From an uncultured Verrucomicrobia subdivision 3 bacterium (GTDB lineage Bacteria; Verrucomicrobiota; Verrucomicrobiia; Limisphaerales; UBA11358), in the NCBI GenBank assembly GCA_903861445.1, contig CAIOUK010000120.1, forward strand, positions 1-37,430: a DNA stretch of 37,430 nucleotides, in the 5' to 3' direction. Position numbers and translations under genes: made by a program. This document shows, one piece after another, positions 34,138 through 37,430 of the stretch (its first letter is position 1; each line of letters opens with the position of its first letter). The notes under the pieces were generated by a model. The model was not told the origin of the DNA and did not search any database. It saw nothing but the letters and a program-made list of their open reading frames with translations.

Positions 34138-34906
34138 GGCTGATGAATTGGCGGTGGAAGCAAAAGTTCGTGATAATCTTCATTCCTGTTTCCTGACACA
34201 ACGCGAGCGGCTTTGGCGGACAATCTCTCATTTTCACTTATTTGATTTGAAGGGAAAGAATGTTTTGGAAATTGGCGCGTTTTATAGTTTTACACCCTTT
34301 GTATTGCGCAAAAATGGGAATGCTGTGACTGTCATTGAAGGAGACGATCCGGCAACCCTTCCGCTCAAGCCGATGTATGCCAGCCGTGGCATTGATGTTA
34401 TCTATGCAGACTTATCGGTGATATTCGGGAATTTGGATATAACAAAGCGCCGGCTGCCATTGCCCGACAACCATTTCGATGTCATTGTCTGCTGGGAAAC
34501 CATGGAGCATTTCAACTTCAATCCAGTGGGGTTCGTCAAAGAAATTCACCGGGTTTTGAAGCCGGGTGGGATTGCAACCCTCACCGTTCCAAACCGGGCT
34601 AAACTGGAGCATCGAATCAAAATGATAATCGGCCGGCCGATGGGCGAAACCATCGAAAGCTATTACGTTTTTTATGCTCATTCCGGACCGTTCTTCGGTT
34701 GGCATTGGCGGGAATATACGCTCAAAGAATTTGTCGAATTATTTTCAAAAGAAAATTTCACGGTTGAGTCGGCTGGTTGTCTTACTTATTTCATGAATCG
34801 TCCTCAAATGAGTTTTGCCAGAGCTGCCTACCGCTTTATGGCCAGAGCGTTGTCTAGCATCTTTCCTTCCTTGGGAACAATTTGTGCTTTGGTCGTGCGC
34901 AAATAA
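34112..34906 (+). CDS. Class I SAM-dependent methyltransferase (Methyltransf_11-like)
   Basis: Motifs are KNVLEIGAFYSF, FDVIVCWETMEHFNFNP and LKPGGIATLTVPN. Local GC is low (about 37% counted on line 34261..34320). I prefer the ATG at 34112. Confidence 0.8.
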   Translation: MNKTEYFAMADELAVEAKVRDNLHSCFLTQRERLWRTISHFHLFDLKGKNVLEIGAFYSFTPFVLRKNGNAVTVIEGDDPATLPLKPMYASRGIDVIYADLSVIFGNLDITKRRLPLPDNHFDVIVCWETMEHFNFNPVGFVKEIHRVLKPGGIATLTVPNRAKLEHRIKMIIGRPMGETIESYYVFYAHSGPFFGWHWREYTLKEFVELFSKENFTVESAGCLTYFMNRPQMSFARAAYRFMARALSSIFPSLGTICALVVRK

Positions 34907-35076
34907 AATATCCGCCGGTCAAAAAATTCCAACAGCTTCAAGTTGAGACGTTGGTCTTGTCTTTGAAAAGACCAAGGAATTGAGCAGCTGCAATAACGAG
35001 GTTGTTCAGCGAAAACCTATAAAAGGGTGGCTTGCTTACAAGAGGATGGCGGGATGGTTAAAGTTACGGCACTGAA

Positions 35077-36468
35077 TCAAATCTCCACGACCTGCTGGTA
35101 TGTCGGCACGATGACTTGGGCTTTCGGTTTCAGGCCGCGCAAAGTCTCGGCGTGAGCGAGCACTTGCGTTTCTTCGCCGTGGATGCAGATGATTTTCTTG
35201 ATGTCACCGGTGAGTTTTTGGACGTAGGCCTTCAATTCGTTTTTGTCGGCGTGGCCGGAATAAGTGTCGAGGGAAACGACTTTGGCGCGCACGTCGCACG
35301 GTTCGCCGAAGATGCTCACGGGATTTTTGCCGGCGACAATCTGCGCGCCGAGCGTGGCTTCCGCGCAATAGCCGAGGAAGAGCGCGAGATTTTTCGGGTC
35401 GCCCAGATTGTTGCGCAGGTGATGCCGGATGCGTCCGCCCTCGCACATACCGGACGCGCTGATGATGATCATCGGCTCCTGCCGGTCGTTGAGTTTCTTG
35501 GATTCCTCCGCGCTGGCGATGTAAGTGAGATTGCCCATGCCGAAGGGATTTTCGTTGTTGCACAGCGTGTCGCGGATCGAGGGGCGCAATGATTCCGGAT
35601 GTTTGTTGTAAATATCCGTGGCGTTCACGCTCAACGGGCTGTCCACAAAAATCGGCAAGCGCGGCAGCTTGCCGGCGCAGGTGAGTTCGTGCAGCACATA
35701 AACAATCTGCTGCGTGCGCCCGACGGAAAAGGCGGGAACGATGACCTTGCCGCGTTGCTTGAGCGTTTCGCCGACGAGCTTGCAGACGAGATCGTCCGCG
35801 TCCGGGCGCTGCTCATGGACGCGCGCGGCGTAGGTGGATTCGATCTGGAGAAAATCCACGTTCTCGACGGGAATCGGGTCGCGCAACAATTCATCGCCAC
35901 CGCGGCCGATGTCGCCGGTGAATAGGTGGCGGAATTTCCGGCCATTTTCCTGCACGTCCAAAATCACCTGTGCGGAACCGAGAATGTGGCCGGCATCGCG
36001 GAACGTCACGGTCACGCCGGGGACGACTTCAAAGGGCTTTTCGTAATCGTGGGGGATGAATTGCGCCACGCATTTCTGCGCGTCGGCGGTGGTGTAGAGC
36101 GGTTCAACCGGCGGCTGATGTTTTTTGGCGCGCAGCTTGGAGACGAACAGCGCGTCCTGTTCCTGAATGTGGCCGGAGTCCAGCAGCATGATGCCGCAAA
36201 GATCGCGCGTGGCGGAGGTGGCGTGGATGGGACCGTCGTAATTTTTGCACAGGCTCGGCAGCTTGCCGGCGTGATCCAGATGCGAGTGGCTCAAAACGAC
36301 GGCATCCACCGACCGCGTGTCGAACGGCAAAACTTTATTGAGTTGTTCGGATTCCTGGCGGTGGCCTTGGAACAAGCCGCATTCGAGTAACAGCTGCTTG
36401 CCGTTGACCTCGAGGAGATACATCGAGCCGGTGGTGGTGCGCGCCGCGCCGAAGAAATGGATTTTCAT
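35077..36468 (-). CDS. MBL-fold beta-CASP metallo-hydrolase (RNA-processing exonuclease / CPSF-RNase J-like)
   Basis: It has HSHLDHAG (HxHxDH), downstream Asp/His motifs, and a C-terminal YSGHAD ... IHGE segment typical of beta-CASP RNases. Product is 463 aa. Confidence 0.85.
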   Translation of the reverse strand: MKIHFFGAARTTTGSMYLLEVNGKQLLLECGLFQGHRQESEQLNKVLPFDTRSVDAVVLSHSHLDHAGKLPSLCKNYDGPIHATSATRDLCGIMLLDSGHIQEQDALFVSKLRAKKHQPPVEPLYTTADAQKCVAQFIPHDYEKPFEVVPGVTVTFRDAGHILGSAQVILDVQENGRKFRHLFTGDIGRGGDELLRDPIPVENVDFLQIESTYAARVHEQRPDADDLVCKLVGETLKQRGKVIVPAFSVGRTQQIVYVLHELTCAGKLPRLPIFVDSPLSVNATDIYNKHPESLRPSIRDTLCNNENPFGMGNLTYIASAEESKKLNDRQEPMIIISASGMCEGGRIRHHLRNNLGDPKNLALFLGYCAEATLGAQIVAGKNPVSIFGEPCDVRAKVVSLDTYSGHADKNELKAYVQKLTGDIKKIICIHGEETQVLAHAETLRGLKPKAQVIVPTYQQVVEI

Positions 36469-36597
36469 GGCGCGACTTTAGCCGCAGTGGTTGGCGGAGG
36501 GAATATTGTTTTTTCAGAGCGAGCGGCTTGGCATGTCAGCAATGTGGATAAAATCACTATGGACATTCCCGTCTGATTGATTAGATTTTTCACCCTT

Positions 36598-36852
36598 ATG
36601 AAATCTGATACGACCACAACCGTTTTAAATTTTGTGCTCGCCGTGCTGGTCATTCTGGGCGTGACGTTCGCGCTGATGACCATTCTCCGCACGAGTGAAA
36701 TGCGGCGGTTGACTTCCGGAGCCGCCATCGCGAACACGGAGTTGATGCGCGCGCAGGGGGTGGCCAACGACGCCAACACCTTCAACCAAACCGCTAAAAA
36801 TCCGGAACTGACCCGCATCCTGCAGGCTCTACAAGCCAAAGCCGCCAAATAA
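36598..36852 (+). CDS. Small single-pass membrane protein (hypothetical)
   Basis: There is an ATG at 36598. One TM helix (VLNFVLAVLVILGVTFALMTIL) is followed by RTSEMRRL. The protein is paralogous in layout to the next gene. Confidence 0.5.
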   Translation: MKSDTTTTVLNFVLAVLVILGVTFALMTILRTSEMRRLTSGAAIANTELMRAQGVANDANTFNQTAKNPELTRILQALQAKAAK

Positions 36853-36856
36853 TTTT

Positions 36857-37162
36857 ATGACCACCGATTCCAATTCTGAAATCTCCGCACTGCGCAACCA
36901 GATTTTCGTCCTGCTCATTGCGCTCATCGTCGTCAGTGGCACGCTTACGGTTTTTCTATTCCGGCAGGCGAGTCTTATGCGCAAGGATATCGACGCCATC
37001 AAACCTCAGGCGGAGCAGGTCATAATGGTTTATGGCAAAAACAAGGCTTTGATTGGCGGTTTTGAAAGCCAGCTCATCGCTTACGGCAAGACGCATCCGG
37101 ACTTTGTGCCGATCCTGATGAAATACGGTCTGGTGCAGCCGGTTGTTGCGCCGAAGAAATAA
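36857..37162 (+). CDS. Small single-pass membrane protein (hypothetical)
   Basis: The ATG lies 5 nt after the previous stop. The TM helix IFVLLIALIVVSGTLTVFLF is followed by RQASLMRKDI. Confidence 0.5.
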   Translation: MTTDSNSEISALRNQIFVLLIALIVVSGTLTVFLFRQASLMRKDIDAIKPQAEQVIMVYGKNKALIGGFESQLIAYGKTHPDFVPILMKYGLVQPVVAPKK

Positions 37163-37165
37163 ATC

Positions 37166-37430
37166 CTAGTTCAGCTTCTCGCCGCAGTGCGGACAGTAGT
37201 TCGCCTGCGGCGAATTTTTTTCCCCGCACCCGCCGCATGGCTCCAACGCAGCCTTGTTTTGCCGGTGAATCATCAGGTTGCGGATATAGGGAATCCAGGT
37301 GAAGGCATACGCAAAGATGAAAACGGAATCCTGCTGGTGCAGCGAATAGCACAGCAACGTCACCGAACCGGCGAGGCTCAACCACCAGAACGCCTGCGGC
37401 ACCACGACCTGCTTTTTCTTTTCGGTCGCA
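37166..37430 (-). CDS. LAB_N (lipid-A-disaccharide synthase N-terminal)-domain membrane protein with a C-terminal zinc ribbon; 5' end lies outside the window
   Basis: The segment ..TEKKKQVVVPQAFWWLSLAGSVTLLCYSLHQQDSVFIFAYAFTWIPYIRNL matches the LAB_N pattern (P..FW..S..GS..LL.Y....D.VF......I.Y.RNL). The tail is CGGCGEKNSPQANYCPHCGEKL. The reading frame stays open to position 37430. Confidence 0.6.
   Translation of the reverse strand, partial: ATEKKKQVVVPQAFWWLSLAGSVTLLCYSLHQQDSVFIFAYAFTWIPYIRNLMIHRQNKAALEPCGGCGEKNSPQANYCPHCGEKLN

Noticed and set aside
34952-34976. Hairpin TTGGTCTT-(9 nt)-AAGACCAA between the convergent methyltransferase and RNase genes, considered as a bidirectional terminator
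   Set aside because: The stem is AT-rich and 8 bp long, with no flanking T/A tracts on either strand. It is plausible but too weak to annotate.
1-37430. CRISPR arrays, IS elements/transposases, rRNA genes
   Set aside because: I saw no regularly spaced direct repeats, no transposase-like ORF (DDE/HUH motifs) with terminal inverted repeats, and no rRNA-like sequence on either strand.

Overview
This is a 37.4-kb bacterial window in three parts.

(1) 1..~8374 is lower-GC accessory DNA. It ends in a tyrosine-integrase integrative element whose genes all lie on the minus strand: int 7096..8250, an orphan 416-aa gene, an AlpA/Xis-like HTH, a 120-aa orphan, a RepA-like P-loop/wHTH protein and two more orphans. 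The element abuts a 3' fragment of tRNA-His (8331..8374), which looks like an att junction. A second copy of this sequence is not in the window.

(2) 8479..33259 is a large, higher-GC cell-surface glycan locus of LPS/O-antigen type. It holds:
- a Wzm/Wzt ABC exporter with a long Wzt C-terminal domain
- two GT9 genes, four GT-B (GT4-like) genes and four GT2 genes, two of which are polyprenyl-phosphate-sugar-synthase-like
- two GT-C-like membrane transferases and a WaaL/Wzy_C-type ligase
- two SAM methyltransferases
- a secreted GH27-like hydrolase
- a co-transcribed GMC-flavoprotein + SDR pair

(3) 33335..37430 holds yajQ, a low-GC methyltransferase islet with an FkbM relic, a beta-CASP MBL RNase, two small paralogous membrane proteins and a partial LAB_N/zinc-ribbon gene.

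I saw no rRNA, intact tRNA, CRISPR array or transposase.

Most noteworthy:
- A9/T9 homopolymer tracts sit inside four glycosyltransferase genes. Three of them share the identical CAA-AAA-AAA-AT codon context in consecutive genes, so they are candidate phase-variable contingency loci.
- The orphan 416-aa gene lies in the int-xis cargo position.
- The GMC/SDR pair carries an embedded CX2CX2CX3CP motif and sits next to Gtr/Arn-like GT2 + GT-C modules.
- Relic gene fragments (GT9 C-terminus, FkbM C-terminus) mark cassette exchange.

The SD-poor leaders and gene content suggest a PVC-group (Verrucomicrobiota-like) host, but that is only a guess. All functional calls come from motif recognition by eye; no database search was run.
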